Shown here: positions 9,682 through 19,601 of the stretch, in pieces
Position numbering within the stretch: the stretch's first letter is position 1
Layout of the letters: every line of letters begins with the position of its first letter
Assembly: GCA_963666835.2 (NCBI GenBank)
Contig: CAXXGO010000006.1
Coordinates: forward strand, 800,001 to 864,000
From: Phycisphaerae bacterium
GTDB taxonomy: Bacteria > Planctomycetota > Phycisphaerae > UBA1845
Reading direction: 5' to 3'
Length of the DNA: 64,000 nt
Translations under genes and position numbers: made by a program
The notes under the pieces: model-generated
Told to the model about the DNA's origin: nothing
Database searches by the model: none
What the model saw: the letters and a program-made list of their open reading frames with translations, nothing else

Positions 9682-10968
9682 CTATTCGTGGCGCAGTGCT
9701 TCGATCGGATCCAGTCGGGCAGCGGACATGGCCGGGTACATCCCGAAGAAGATGCCGACCAGCACTGACAGGCTGCAACTCACGACCACCGACCAGACGC
9801 TGACAATCGTTTTCCAATCGGCGACTGTAGAGATGACGTAAGCGCTCAGTACCCCGAGCAAGACGCCTATGAACCCGCCGCTCGTCGAGAGAACTACCGT
9901 CTCGACCAGGAACTGCACTGTGATGTGCCGACGGCGCGCCCCCAACGCCCGCCGAATCCCAATCTCGCGGGTCCGCTGCGTCACCGAAGCCAGCATGATA
10001 TTCATGATCCCGATACCGCCGACCAGCAGCGAAATCCCGGCGATAAGACCGAGAATAATCTGCTGGTTCCGCTTCTTACGCTTCGCCAGTTCGAGCTGCG
10101 CCAAGGGCACTCTGATCTTATAGTCCTGGGCCTCGTGCCCGTGCTCGAAGACCCGTTGGACATTCTTCGAGATCGGGATCACATTCTCGACTTCATCGGC
10201 CGCGATGTAGAGGCCGGAGTACTGCATCTTGATGAACTCGCGAGAGCCGGCGCCGAGGCGGGCGGTGGTCTCCCCGAACTGCGTGGCGGCCGTCGAGAAC
10301 GGAATGAGAATCTCCCGGTTGAGGTCACGTTTGTCCGTTCCCTCGGCCGGAGCCCCGGCCGTCAGCACCGTCTCCAGAATCCCGACGACCGTGAACGGGA
10401 CGGCGCTGGGGTGACGTTTGACCAGAATAGTCTCGCCGAGCGCATCCATCGACGGGAAGAGCTCGTTGGCGACGTCTTTACCGATCACGCAGACGTTGCT
10501 TCCGTTGGCGTCGTCCTCCGGCGCAAACGCCCGCCCGCGCGCCACGCTTATGTTGACGATATCGAAAAACTCCGAGGTCGTCCCTACGGTCTTGAACGGG
10601 GCTTGGTGCTCACCTTGCCGGGCGCTGAAGCCCACGGTCTTAAGTGGGACGATGCATGCGATGTTGGGGACCGTCTGCTCGATGATGGACACGTCGTCAC
10701 GGGTAATCCCGTACTCGACGAGATTACTGTTCCCCTGTGCCACCTGACGGCTTTGCGAAGGTTTCTCCGAGCTGACGATGATATTCTGTGTGCCGAGGAG
10801 CCGAATCAAACGCATTTCGTCGGCGGAGGCTCCCTCGCTGATCGACAGCATGCAAATCACAGCCGCCACGCCGAAGATGATCCCCAACGACGTCAGAAAC
10901 GACCTGAGCTTGTGCAGCCGAATGTTGGAGAGACCCAGGCGGAAGGACTCTACGCTCAGGAATTTCAC
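9682..10968 (-). CDS. MacB/FtsX-like ABC transporter permease
   Basis: KLRSFLTSLGIIFGV, GGIGIMNIMLASVTQRTREIGIRRALGA, PAMSAARLDPIEALRHE. Confidence 0.92.
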   Translation of the reverse strand: MKFLSVESFRLGLSNIRLHKLRSFLTSLGIIFGVAAVICMLSISEGASADEMRLIRLLGTQNIIVSSEKPSQSRQVAQGNSNLVEYGITRDDVSIIEQTVPNIACIVPLKTVGFSARQGEHQAPFKTVGTTSEFFDIVNISVARGRAFAPEDDANGSNVCVIGKDVANELFPSMDALGETILVKRHPSAVPFTVVGILETVLTAGAPAEGTDKRDLNREILIPFSTAATQFGETTARLGAGSREFIKMQYSGLYIAADEVENVIPISKNVQRVFEHGHEAQDYKIRVPLAQLELAKRKKRNQQIILGLIAGISLLVGGIGIMNIMLASVTQRTREIGIRRALGARRRHITVQFLVETVVLSTSGGFIGVLLGVLSAYVISTVADWKTIVSVWSVVVSCSLSVLVGIFFGMYPAMSAARLDPIEALRHE

Positions 10969-11234
10969 GGAGCACCCTCCCTACGAGTGGGTTCGTTACG
11001 CGCCGGCGGGGCGATTGTAGGACGATGTTCTCGGGGACTTGTTATGGTGGGTCGGAAACGTCTTGGGAATCGGCTGGACTGACTCCGGCCGATGGTGATA
11101 CCTGGTTCGGCGAACACGACTCGGCAGGGGCCATCCACGGACGGATGGTCGATCGCACGGAAGCATGTCTCGAGTATTCGGAGAATTATCGCACCCTTCC
11201 GTCCGTGGGCTGGCCCGCCGAAGTCAGCCGGCTA

Positions 11235-12755
11235 CTACCCGAACTTGATGCCCTGAGCCAAGGGCAGCTCGGTGGAGTAGTTAATCGTATTAGTCTGTCG
11301 ACGCATATAAGCCTTCCAGGCGTCGGAGCCGGACTCGCGTCCGCCGCCGGTCTCCTTCTCACCGCCGAATGCACCGCCGATCTCGGCGCCGCTGGTGCCG
11401 ATGTTGACGTTCGCAATACCGCAGTCGCTGCCGCGGCACGACAGGAACTGCTCCGCTTCCAACAGATTCTGCGTGAACATCGCCGAACTCAACCCCTGCG
11501 GCACGGCGTTGTGGATGGCAATCGCCTCGTCAAGTGTCTTATACGTTATGATGTAGAGGATCGGGGCAAAAGTCTCATCCTGTACTATCTTGTAGTCGTT
11601 CTTGGCCGAAGCGATACACGGAGTGACATAACAACCGCCGGCGTACTTGGCGCCTTCGAGCTTCTTGCCACCGTAGAGGATCTCGCCGCCGGACTTCTTG
11701 ATTGCCTCAATCGCGGCCATCATCGTGTCCACGGCGTCCGTATCGATCAGCGGTCCCATCAGAGTGCCGGTGTCCAGCGGATCGCCGATCGGAACCTGCT
11801 CGTACGCGGCAATCAGCCGCTTCACCAGGTCGTCCCGGACCGATTCGTGAACGATGATTCGACGGGTCGAAGTACACCGCTGCCCGGCCGTGCCTACCGA
11901 TCCGAACACGATCCCGGGAATGGCCAGCTTCAGGTTGGCGTTCGGGGTAACGATAATGGCGTTGTTTCCGCCCAGCTCGAGAATGGTCCGGCCGAGACGC
12001 TCGCCGACCACCGCACCGACGCGGTAACCCATCGCGCAACTGCCGGTAGCCGAAACCAGCGGAAGACGACGGTCGCCGATGAGCTTCTCGCCGACCGTGC
12101 TGCCGCGTCCGACAACCAGACTGAAGATGGCCGGATCGACCCCGTTGGCAAGACAGACGCGCTCGGCGATCTTCGTGCAAGCGATGGCGGTAAGCGGTGT
12201 TGCCGAGGACGGCTTCCACAACACCGAGTCACCGCAAGCCGCGGCCAGCGCGGAGTTCCACGCCCACACAGCTACGGGGAAGTTGAACGCCGAGATGACC
12301 CCGACCACGCCGAGCGGATGGTATTGCTCGTACATGCGGTGTCCCGGCCGCTCGGAGTGCATGGTAAGCCCGTGCAATTGCCGGGAGAGACCGACCGCGA
12401 AGTCGCAGATATCGATCATCTCCTGGACCTCGCCCTCGCCCTCGGCGCGGATCTTACCCATCTCGAGCGTCACTAACGCCCCGAGTTCCGCTTTCAACTC
12501 CCGAAGGGCGTTACCCAATTGCCGAACGGTCTCGCCGCGCACCGGCGCCGGGACCATCCGCCATTTCAGGAACGCCTCCTGGGCGCGGGCGGCAATCTGC
12601 TCGTATTCCGCTTCGGTTACCTGAGTAACGGAAGCAATGCTCTTTCCGTCAATCGGGGACAAAGAGTCGAGTTTCTCGCCACTACCGAGCCACTCGCCAC
12701 AAAATCCGCCGAGGTTGGCGGACTCGATTCCAAGTTTCTGGAGAAAATCATGCAT
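11235..12755 (-). CDS. Aldehyde dehydrogenase (ALDH7/piperideine-6-carboxylate dehydrogenase-like)
   Basis: ISAFNFPVAV, LELGGNNA, GTAGQRCT, ETFAPILY, AFGGEKETGGGRESG; start at MHDFLQK. Confidence 0.92.
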   Translation of the reverse strand: MHDFLQKLGIESANLGGFCGEWLGSGEKLDSLSPIDGKSIASVTQVTEAEYEQIAARAQEAFLKWRMVPAPVRGETVRQLGNALRELKAELGALVTLEMGKIRAEGEGEVQEMIDICDFAVGLSRQLHGLTMHSERPGHRMYEQYHPLGVVGVISAFNFPVAVWAWNSALAAACGDSVLWKPSSATPLTAIACTKIAERVCLANGVDPAIFSLVVGRGSTVGEKLIGDRRLPLVSATGSCAMGYRVGAVVGERLGRTILELGGNNAIIVTPNANLKLAIPGIVFGSVGTAGQRCTSTRRIIVHESVRDDLVKRLIAAYEQVPIGDPLDTGTLMGPLIDTDAVDTMMAAIEAIKKSGGEILYGGKKLEGAKYAGGCYVTPCIASAKNDYKIVQDETFAPILYIITYKTLDEAIAIHNAVPQGLSSAMFTQNLLEAEQFLSCRGSDCGIANVNIGTSGAEIGGAFGGEKETGGGRESGSDAWKAYMRRQTNTINYSTELPLAQGIKFG

Positions 12756-13050
12756 GGTCGCACCTCTACGAACGAAACAGGAGACTATCGACGCGCCGCC
12801 TACGATAACTACATCATGATGCCCGTCAACGTGCCGAAACGAGCGTCGTTTGGCCGTTTTCAGCGGGAAAGCGGACATCTGCACAGCCGAGTTTCGACGT
12901 GTGATGAGAAGCACTGTTGAGCAGCGAACCTTATGGGCAACACGCTTCGGAGACGCCGGCGCCGGCGTGATTCGTCCCTCGCCGCGCATCCGCGTTGCCA
13001 CGCGATCCCCATCTTTGGACCAAACTCGCGGACATTACCGGAACCAGTCT

Positions 13051-13270
13051 GACCCTGACAGGGTCAAATGCTTCCAGCTAATGTGTTTTGCGAGGCCGCC
13101 ACGCCTTTCGACGCATTCTGCAACAGCCCGGGTAGCCGAAACAGAAGCGCGGTTCATCGACGCCGTCTCTTTCACCCTTCAGGGTGATTGGGGTTGTTGG
13201 GCTCCCACCCGGGGGCGGCGGCCGCTGGGCGGCCTTGCCCCCGGCTACTATCTTACAGGCTTTCAGCCTG
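13051..13270. repeat. Cluster of short palindromes (CCCTGAnAGGG / CAGGCTTTCAGCCTG type), REP/MITE-like
   Basis: GACCCTGACAGGGTC, TCACCCTTCAGGGTGA, CCGGGGGC...GCCCCCGG, CAGGCTTTCAGCCTG in a divergent intergenic region. Confidence 0.5.
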
Positions 13271-13578
13271 AAAAAGGAGCCGGCCTGTAGCTTGCCAGGG
13301 CGGGGGATGCGTTGCCGCGGAGTCGGACGGCTACGCTCGGCTTGCCCGGCAAAGATGTGTAGAACAACGATGGATGCCGCCCGAGGGCTTCCGGGGCGGT
13401 CGCTTGACCGGCTGATAGCGCTGCGGGATACTCGCGCCCCAGCAGTCCGTTGAGAAACGCGGGCTCCGCCGCAAAGACGCAGCCTTGTTGGGGCGGCGCT
13501 AAAGGGGCTTCTCGCCGCTCACGAGGGGTGGCCGCACTTTTCCAACGTCTTGCTGGCTTCGCTGCGGCGGTGAACGGT

Positions 13579-14085
13579 ATGAACACGGATTCCATCGAAC
13601 TACTTATTCTCGACGTCGACGGCGTTCTCACGGATGGCCGGGTCATGCCGTCGTACGATGGCGGGGGACCAAAGACCTTCTCTTCTCAGGATGGGTTCGC
13701 CATCAAGCTGTGGCAGCGCGCAGGCCGGCAGACCGCCATCCTGTCCGGTAGAGGCGGGGAGATAGTCACTCGGCGGGCTGAGGAACTGGGTATCAAAATC
13801 GTCCACAACAACGTGCGGGATAAGCTAGCTGTCTTCCAGGAGATTCTCGATTCTGCCGGGTGCGACGATGCCGCTGCTGCCTACGTTGGTGATGATCTGC
13901 CGGATCTGGGGCCCATGGCCCGTGTGCGGTTGCCCATCGCCGTGGCAAACGCCAGGCCTGCTGTCAAACAGGCCGCCATGTATGTAACGCGGCGCGAAGG
14001 GGGGCGCGGGGCGGTGGCTGAAGTTGTAGAGTTCCTGCTGCGAAAACAGGGCCGCTGGAACCGAGCCCTGATCACCGAGGTATAA
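13579..14085 (+). CDS. kdsC: 3-deoxy-D-manno-octulosonate 8-phosphate phosphatase (HAD)
   Basis: LDVDGVLTDG, QDGFAI, ILSGR, YVGDDLPD, GGRGAVAE. Confidence 0.88.
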   Translation: MNTDSIELLILDVDGVLTDGRVMPSYDGGGPKTFSSQDGFAIKLWQRAGRQTAILSGRGGEIVTRRAEELGIKIVHNNVRDKLAVFQEILDSAGCDDAAAAYVGDDLPDLGPMARVRLPIAVANARPAVKQAAMYVTRREGGRGAVAEVVEFLLRKQGRWNRALITEV

Positions 14086-14091
14086 GAACAA

Positions 14092-17000
14092 GTGCAGGTC
14101 ATGGACGGTCCTAGATTAGACGGCAGCCGGAGAGAGGCCAGTGGGCTGGTCCGAACTCTCGTCGTGGCTTCGGCTACTCTGGCGATTCTGCTGGTCTGCT
14201 TCTCGATATACCAATACAGCCAGCTCGAACCGGAGCCGGCCAAACGTATCGAGCCTCGTCTTCCCAGCCCGCCCGAGGCACCTGGTCGGGATCCTGATAT
14301 CGACGTGGCGGACGGACCCGGGGTCCAGGTGGGCGATGCCAAGATAGGTCGCGGACGCGACATCACGCTGACTATCTACATGCGCGAGGGTACTCGGGCT
14401 CGTTTGAAGATAGCCGTGCGAGACTACACCCCGGTCCAAGGGTCTTCGAATGAGTTCCGATTGGTCGACCCGGAAATCCGCATGCGGACCAGTGACGGCC
14501 GGGCGGTACATGTGATCGCGAGCGAGGGCTTTCTGGAGGCACAGCGCAAAAGTGGCGGCGGTCTGGAACCGCGGCGCGGGCGGCTCACCGGTGGGGTGGT
14601 CATCGACATCGATCGCCTGACGGAACAGGAACGGGCCGAACTGGCCCAGCCCGGGAGTGATCCGGACGCGGTCGACCCGGCCCAATTCGTTCGAGTTGAG
14701 GTCGAGACAATCGAGTTCGATCTCGACTACGCCAAGATCCTGGTCCCCCGCGGTCCGTTGCACTTATCGGCCAGCGACATCGATTTTAAGGCCGAAGATC
14801 TGGAAGTTCGTTTCAATGAAGACGAAGGCCGGGTCGAGTATCTGCGAATCAACCGGGGCGGTCGCATCGAACTGCGCGACCTGGGTGGGCAGTTGGGGTT
14901 GTCCATCCCCAGCACCGAGGCCCAATCGGAGACCCGGGCCACGCTGGTCAATTGGCTGCGCAGTACTCTCCAGGCGACTTTGGAGGCGCAGGCGACTCCC
15001 GAGCCGCCGAAACCCGAGCCCGCGGCGGTGGCCACCGTAACCGAAGACGGAATCCCCGTGTTCCAGCCGGATACCGGCGATGAGGAGGACCTGCCGAAAC
15101 CGGCGGTGCGATACTTCGCGCACATTGAAGGTAATGTCGACGCCAGGCAGTTGAACGGCGAAGTCGTGCAGGCTCGCCTGCAATCCGACATATTGGAGAT
15201 ACTCCGAGCGTTCACCGAGGATGACAAGGAGCAGGTCCGCTCGAAATCATCGACCCCACCGCCGGGCGACGCCGTCCAGCCGGCTTTGCCGCGGGAGACC
15301 CTTGTCCTGCAATGGGGCGGTCGGCTCGTGCTCGAAGCCGTCTCTCCGGATCACGCCCGCTGGACGGAAGATGAGTCCACCAAGATCACCGCGTCCGGCT
15401 CGCCGGCAACTGTTTCCAGCCCGAAATGGAATGCCACCTGCGTGACTCTGGAGTTCAGTCCCGACGAATCCCACGTCTGGCTTAACGGAACGGAGGAAAC
15501 GCCAGTAGTGGTGCAATCGGCGGACCAGGGCTCTCTGAGCGGGGTGCAGGTTTACACCGAGCGATCCGAGGACGAGCTGTTCGTGCGCGTCACCGGCCCG
15601 GGAACAATGGACCGGTCGGCAAGCGATGAGCCGGGCGGGATACTCTCGGAGGATCCCGCAGCGCAAGTCGCACCCGCAATCGAGTTCGCCGATCGGCTCG
15701 AAGTGCGCGGGCGGTTCGTGACCCGCTCGTGGCCCACTTTCTCCGGGGGGATCGCCTCACGCGAGTTCCGCGTCTTCGATACGGCGACCTTTTTCGGAGG
15801 CGTCAAACTCCGCGCCGCCGATACCGATCTCGCCGCAGATAAGGTGACGGCCCACTTCGGCGAGCCGCCGAGTCGCCGCAGTGACCAGCAATCCATCGAG
15901 CGGCTGGAGGGTCGCGGAAACGTGGTGATGAGCCAAGGGCGCGACAACGTCTCGTGCCAAGAGATAGACATTGCCCTCAGCACGGATCGAACCGGCAAGG
16001 TCACGCCCCTGACTGCGACCGCCCGGGGAAATGTCGAGGCCGCCCAAGGCGAGCGGGTGATCGAAGCCGGCGAGACCCTGACGGTTGATTTCGAGATGGT
16101 CAGCCGGTCTCCTGCGCGGTTCGACCCGGCCAAAGCCTATGCCGCAGCCAAGGCCGCAGGACTTGATCCCACGAAGATCGATTGGGAAGCCCGCCGCCGC
16201 GCTTACGAGGCTACGCTACGCACCGAAGTCGCCGTTAAGCGCCTCCGGGCCGCCGGGGCGGTTAGTATAGTCGATCCTCGGCAGGGCATGGACGTCAAGG
16301 CCGAGAAGGTCGACTGTTCCATCGTCGATGGGCGAGAGATCGAAACCGCTCTCGTCTCCGGACACGAAGGGCATCCGGCATCGGTGCGGTTGAATGACTT
16401 CTCGGTAACCGGCAACGAGATCAGGCTTGACGTGCCGGATGAGTGGGCCCAGGTCCCCGGAGCCGGGCGAATGACCCTACGAACCCACCGCGACCTGGAC
16501 GGACATCAAACCGACCACCCTACGAATATCTCTATCACCTGGGACGAGCGGATGAAGTACCAGGGACGCGAGAACCGGGCCGTGTTCTCGGGCAACGTCC
16601 ACGCCGTCTCGGCATCGACAACAACCTTCGACAGCAGCGAGCTGCTCATCGAGTTCGACGACAAGGCTCAGAATGACCCCAAGGACGGGTCGAAAGAGGA
16701 TTGGTGGATCTTCCAGGATCTTGCCGACCGCCTCAAGCACGGCGGGGATTCCAACGGCAGCGCCGGCGTTCCCCGCACCCGATTCTCGAAAGAACCGGCA
16801 TACATCCTGGCTACCGGGCAGGTCACCGTCGAAACCGCCGAACTCGATGAGACTACCGGAAAGCCCCGGAGTCGCGCCCACTTGTCCGGCCCGCGGCTGT
16901 CGGTCAACCTCAGGCCGGAAGTCTCGAAGATGCTGATCGAAGGTGCCGGCCGGTTGTTCCTCCAAGATCTCCGCCCTGCTTCTGACGCGTCCGAGTCAGC

Positions 17001-17568
17001 GAAGCCCGATGCGGAGGGACTATTCTCGATCGATGGCAAGGCCGGGCCCTCAGCGACGGTGATTAAGTGGGACGAGTCGATGTGGTACGACTTCTCGATC
17101 AACCAGACCCGGTTCGAGGGCGACGTCGACTTGAAGCACTTCAGCGGCGCCGCGTTGTCCCGGGCTTTGGGACAGAGTGTTGTCAGCGAGGACGCCGCCG
17201 CCGGACGGTCGACGTTCTTGAAATGTGGGCTCCTTACGGTTGATTTCCTCGGTCGATCGTCCGGTGCCCGACCGGCAAAGCGCCAACGAATGGGCGGATT
17301 GAGTTCCGATCAACTACGGCAGTTTCAGGCCTCCAGATCGGTGACACTGCAAGACCAGACTGCTTATCTTCCGGAGGTCACCGCCGACCGGATAGTCTAC
17401 GAACGAGACCGCAACATCCTCTCCATATTCGGCGCTCCGGGTCGCGAGGCCAGGATCGTCCGGCAGAAGCCCGGCGAAGCGCCCAGCATCAGCAAGGTCC
17501 AACGCGCGTTTTACGACCTGGAGAACAACCGTCTCGAAGCCCAGGGAGGCTCGCACCAGGGCAGATGA
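14092..17568 (+). CDS. Large membrane-anchored periplasmic protein with repeated OstA/LptA/LptC-like beta-jellyroll segments
   Basis: Single N-terminal TM; recurring AxGNV, FSGNV, ADRIVY and L-x-A-D-K-V-T-A-x-F motifs; 6 bp downstream of kdsC. Confidence 0.6.
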   Translation: MQVMDGPRLDGSRREASGLVRTLVVASATLAILLVCFSIYQYSQLEPEPAKRIEPRLPSPPEAPGRDPDIDVADGPGVQVGDAKIGRGRDITLTIYMREGTRARLKIAVRDYTPVQGSSNEFRLVDPEIRMRTSDGRAVHVIASEGFLEAQRKSGGGLEPRRGRLTGGVVIDIDRLTEQERAELAQPGSDPDAVDPAQFVRVEVETIEFDLDYAKILVPRGPLHLSASDIDFKAEDLEVRFNEDEGRVEYLRINRGGRIELRDLGGQLGLSIPSTEAQSETRATLVNWLRSTLQATLEAQATPEPPKPEPAAVATVTEDGIPVFQPDTGDEEDLPKPAVRYFAHIEGNVDARQLNGEVVQARLQSDILEILRAFTEDDKEQVRSKSSTPPPGDAVQPALPRETLVLQWGGRLVLEAVSPDHARWTEDESTKITASGSPATVSSPKWNATCVTLEFSPDESHVWLNGTEETPVVVQSADQGSLSGVQVYTERSEDELFVRVTGPGTMDRSASDEPGGILSEDPAAQVAPAIEFADRLEVRGRFVTRSWPTFSGGIASREFRVFDTATFFGGVKLRAADTDLAADKVTAHFGEPPSRRSDQQSIERLEGRGNVVMSQGRDNVSCQEIDIALSTDRTGKVTPLTATARGNVEAAQGERVIEAGETLTVDFEMVSRSPARFDPAKAYAAAKAAGLDPTKIDWEARRRAYEATLRTEVAVKRLRAAGAVSIVDPRQGMDVKAEKVDCSIVDGREIETALVSGHEGHPASVRLNDFSVTGNEIRLDVPDEWAQVPGAGRMTLRTHRDLDGHQTDHPTNISITWDERMKYQGRENRAVFSGNVHAVSASTTTFDSSELLIEFDDKAQNDPKDGSKEDWWIFQDLADRLKHGGDSNGSAGVPRTRFSKEPAYILATGQVTVETAELDETTGKPRSRAHLSGPRLSVNLRPEVSKMLIEGAGRLFLQDLRPASDASESAKPDAEGLFSIDGKAGPSATVIKWDESMWYDFSINQTRFEGDVDLKHFSGAALSRALGQSVVSEDAAAGRSTFLKCGLLTVDFLGRSSGARPAKRQRMGGLSSDQLRQFQASRSVTLQDQTAYLPEVTADRIVYERDRNILSIFGAPGREARIVRQKPGEAPSISKVQRAFYDLENNRLEAQGGSHQGR

Positions 17569-17607
17569 TACCTCTGCAAAGCGCCCCGGCGGACCCGCCG
17601 CCGGCGC

Positions 17608-18222
17608 TCAAATGACCCGAACCTCGCCCCCTGCGAGATGGACCCGTCCATCCGCAATCATCCGAATGGCCTCCGGATACGCGAGGCACTCCTGCTCGAA
17701 CACACGAGCCGCAAGGGTGTCGGCCGTGTCCCCCGGCTCGACCGGAACGCTTCTTTGCAGCAGGATCGGGCCGTGGTCATACTCGTTGTCGCAGAAGTGA
17801 ATGGTGCATCCGCTCACCGCTCGCCCGGCGGCCAGGACCGCCTCGTGAACGTGATGACCGTACATGCCCTTGCCCCCGAAATCCGGCAGCAAGGCCGGGT
17901 GGATGTTGATTACCCGACCGGCCAACCGTTCGGGAATCCGCCACAGCGATAGAAACCCCGCCATGCACACCAGGTCGGCGTCACCGACGGCTTCGTCAAT
18001 ACGCCGGTGGAATTCCTCGGGGTTCAGCGTGCGCGGGTCAACCACCTTTACGTTCATCCCCACCTTCCGAGCCCGCTCCACCCCGGTGCTCTTCTCGCGC
18101 GAGCTGATGACAGTCTGAATCTTTGCGTCCAGGGAACCATCGTTAATCCGCTCATGCAAGTTGAGCAGGGTCCGCCCTCCCCCGGACATCAACACGGCCA
18201 GTTTCAGAGTGTTCTTTGGCAT
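17608..18222 (-). CDS. purN: Phosphoribosylglycinamide formyltransferase
   Basis: LMSGGGRT, MAGFL, INIHPALLP, GCTIHFCDNEYDHGPI. Confidence 0.95.
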   Translation of the reverse strand: MPKNTLKLAVLMSGGGRTLLNLHERINDGSLDAKIQTVISSREKSTGVERARKVGMNVKVVDPRTLNPEEFHRRIDEAVGDADLVCMAGFLSLWRIPERLAGRVINIHPALLPDFGGKGMYGHHVHEAVLAAGRAVSGCTIHFCDNEYDHGPILLQRSVPVEPGDTADTLAARVFEQECLAYPEAIRMIADGRVHLAGGEVRVI

Positions 18223-18302
18223 GGCTCACCTCGGTTCTTCATTTCGGTTCTTCATTGCGACGGATGTTCCCTTACGTACGATCCGCCGGCATCATCCCAC
18301 CG

Positions 18303-19559
18303 TTACGCGCCTCCAGCGGTTGCCTCGATAGCCTCACATGTAAGGCGGACTCCGCGGTCGGGTTCGATTTCTCCGGCGAGTTCTCGCGTACGGGAAGCCA
18401 CCCGATCCGATGAGAGCAGCTTATCCAGCACATGGGCAACACGGCGAGCGCGGAACTTGCGCCGCGGAATAGCAGCACCTATTCCCAAACGCTCGAGCCG
18501 GGCACCGTTGTCAAACTGATCGAACCCCATCGGTCGCACCACCTGCGGGATGCCTGCCGAGACCCCTTGAGCCACAGTCCCGATGCCGCCGTGATGAACG
18601 ATAGCCGCGGCGCGGGGCAGGTATTCTCCGAATGGCACGTACGGAAGCTGCGTGACACCTTCCGGCAACCGATCCGGCACCTGATCCGCATAAGGTGTAA
18701 CAAGCGCCCCACGTAGCCCGAGAATCCGACACGCCTCGGCCGCGGCGACGAAAAAGTCGCGCCCGTGCCGCATCGCCGTACCCGGTGTGAACACAATCGG
18801 AGGGTCGCCGGCGGAGAAGAAATCCTCGGCCGCGGACGCCTGCTCCGAGGAGCTGCCCGTATCGTGGTAGACGAAATCGGCCAGCCGGACGCACTGCGGC
18901 CAGTCGGCTTGAGGCGGGGCGTACCAGGCAGGCCATATCCCAACAGTACATTGCGGCGAGATCCACCAGGTGTTCAACAGACGCCGCACCGGTGGCAGAT
19001 CGAACGAACGGCGATAATCGTTGGTCGGCCGGCCGACAATCCGATCAATGAGGAAATCGCCGAAGCGGTAGAGAGCCCGCGTACCCCATCGGCCGAAGAC
19101 CCGCATCGGCGCCCGCAGCGGTAGTACGGGCGGAGCGTCCAAGCTCCGCACGCACAGCGGTTGTAGAAAGACCGTTACCAGTGGTACATCGAGCGTCTCA
19201 TGGGCTATCCGAGCGCCGAACGTCAGGCCGCTGGCCACAACGACTGTCTCTCCGGGTACATGCCGTTCCTTGATGGCCTCATAGACCGGTGGTATCCCGC
19301 GAACGATGACTTCCCGACTCAGGATCAACATCCCCCGCACCGGGTGCCACAGATCGGGATCCTGCGTCACTCTGGCATAGTCCTCAACGGTGTGTACCGG
19401 GGCGAAATCCAACCCGGCGCGGCGGGCGGCCGGCTCGAAGTGTGGATTCGTTACCAGGGTCGCGCGATGCCCGCGGGCGAGCAGTCCCTTTCCGATGGCG
19501 ATGAAGGGGTTGACGTCTCCCGAGCTGCCTAGCGTGGCCAAGATGACGTTCAGACCCAT
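18303..19559 (-). CDS. GT1 family glycosyltransferase (RhlB/sterol GT-like)
   Basis: LGSSGDVNPF, VHHGGIGT, GFDQFDNGARL. Confidence 0.88.
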   Translation of the reverse strand: MGLNVILATLGSSGDVNPFIAIGKGLLARGHRATLVTNPHFEPAARRAGLDFAPVHTVEDYARVTQDPDLWHPVRGMLILSREVIVRGIPPVYEAIKERHVPGETVVVASGLTFGARIAHETLDVPLVTVFLQPLCVRSLDAPPVLPLRAPMRVFGRWGTRALYRFGDFLIDRIVGRPTNDYRRSFDLPPVRRLLNTWWISPQCTVGIWPAWYAPPQADWPQCVRLADFVYHDTGSSSEQASAAEDFFSAGDPPIVFTPGTAMRHGRDFFVAAAEACRILGLRGALVTPYADQVPDRLPEGVTQLPYVPFGEYLPRAAAIVHHGGIGTVAQGVSAGIPQVVRPMGFDQFDNGARLERLGIGAAIPRRKFRARRVAHVLDKLLSSDRVASRTRELAGEIEPDRGVRLTCEAIEATAGGA

Positions 19560-19601
19560 CTGTTCTTCCTATTCGCGGGAACGCAGCCGAGCCACGACAG
19601 A

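Noticed and set aside
11025..12476. 483-aa plus-strand ORF (likewise 9925-11082, 19656-20594, 25787-26824, 34680-35753)
   Set aside because: Shadow ORFs overlapping well-supported genes in high-GC DNA
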